This document shows positions 62,926 through 64,000 of a DNA stretch of 64,000 nucleotides, piece after piece. Below the pieces are notes generated by a model that saw only the letters and a list, made by a program, of their open reading frames with translations, ran no database searches and had not been told where the DNA came from. The number at the start of each line of letters is the position of its first letter. The first letter of the stretch is position 1. This stretch comes from Marsupella aquatica (taxonomy: Eukaryota > Plantae > Marchantiophyta): assembly GCA_973895155.1 (NCBI GenBank), contig OZ316894.1, positions 11,944,828-12,008,827 on the forward strand, read 5' to 3'. Position numbers and translations under genes: made by a program.

Positions 62926-63900
62926 ATGAGTGACTCGGAGGATACTGGAAGAATTGGCGTCGGTGGAGCTTCAGGATCGCGACGATCAGACAGTGAGTCT
63001 GAGGAGGAGCTGCTACCGTTTGAGGAGGAACTAGTGACACCGATACGATCACCAGTGCGGCGTGCAGTGGAGGAAGCTGTGTTACTACCAGAGCTGTCGG
63101 TAGTAGGGAAGAAGAGGGAGATGGCTAGATTCGGAGGAGCAAAGTTTGAGGTGGAGAAGTACGATGGTCGTACTGATTACTTGCTATGGGAGAAGCAAGT
63201 GAAGGGTGTTCTATGGGCCATGGGCTTGGCTCATCTGCTCTCTTCGCGAGAGTAGTATGATGGAGAGGAGGAGATTTCTTTGAGACAGTGGAGACAGGAG
63301 CAGGTGATTGCTGTTAATGCAGTGATGCTATATCTCAAGCCGCACATAATCAAGCAGCTGGATGATTATGCGGATTGCACGTCACTGTTCAAGGCTCTAA
63401 GAGAGAAGTACTACCGGGAAGATGCGTCAGACCGGCTGTACAAGAAGTCTCTCTTGATGAGCCTTAGGCTCAAGGAAGGGAACAAGATGCAGGATCACCT
63501 GGATGAATTTGATAGTCTAGCGGTGGATCTGTCAAACCTGGGAAAAGGAGTTGAAGATGAGGATAAGGCCTTGCTTCTGCTAAGCTCCTTACCGCCGTCT
63601 TATCAGGGCTTGAAACAGGTGCTCTTGTACAGAGATTTGAAGTCCATTTCGTATAATGAGGTGGTGAGCTCATTACTGTCTGATGATGCTCAGAAGAAGT
63701 TGGGTTAATCATAGACAGCATCTTCTTCTGGCACTGTGCTGAATGTGAACAGGGGAAGAGCAGCGCAGCGCACGAATGGGCAGAACAAGTTTAGATCTAC
63801 ATCACGGGGAGATCTAAATCCAGAGGGAAATCTCAAGAGAGGAAGCCTCTTGCATGTTGGAATTGTGGCAAGCCTGGCCACATGAAAAGGGATTGTCGAG
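62926..63900 (+). pseudogene. Copia gag (stops at 63253 and 63706, frameshift before the zinc knuckle)
   Basis: KFEVEKYDGRTDYLLW, DHLDEF..L..DL, DKALLLLSSLPPSY and CWNCGKPGHMKRDC. Confidence 0.88.
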
Positions 63901-64000
63901 TAAAGGTCCCTACTGCCTCTGCTAATGCTGCATCGAGCTCGCATGAGGTAGATTTACTCGATGATGATGACATATTGTGATGTCAAGGTTATGCTCTCAA

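Larger units (their letters stand above)
60853..64000 (+). mobile_element. Ty1/Copia element, 5' part (LTR 60853-61389, long leader, gag)
   Basis: TG...CA LTR matching the solo LTR at 3006, followed by a PBS and gag motifs. Confidence 0.9.

Overview
Eukaryotic plant nuclear DNA, most likely from a seed-free land plant (inferred from an intron-rich MAPK15/ERK7 gene, a kinase class associated with flagellated-sperm lineages, and from the TE types). The left ~33 kb is a deeply nested transposon stack whose order can be read from target-site duplications (TSDs): Gypsy remnants, a hAT-like non-autonomous element, a Copia solo LTR holding a deleted Copia, two CACTA elements, a near-full-length L1 LINE and several MITEs. 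The right half holds three host genes: MAPK15 (15 coding exons, with a 1-bp frameshift in exon 10), a DIPP-type Nudix hydrolase and mitochondrial mS38/COX24-like. It also holds a ~115-bp tandem array and the 5' part of a Copia element. The most notable feature is a degenerate Ty3/Gypsy-like element (minus strand, ~13250-28150) whose polyprotein reads gag - zinc knuckles - aspartic protease - DNMT3-like C5 cytosine methyltransferase, i.e. a retrotransposon carrying its own DNA methyltransferase. All calls were made by eye, without database searches.
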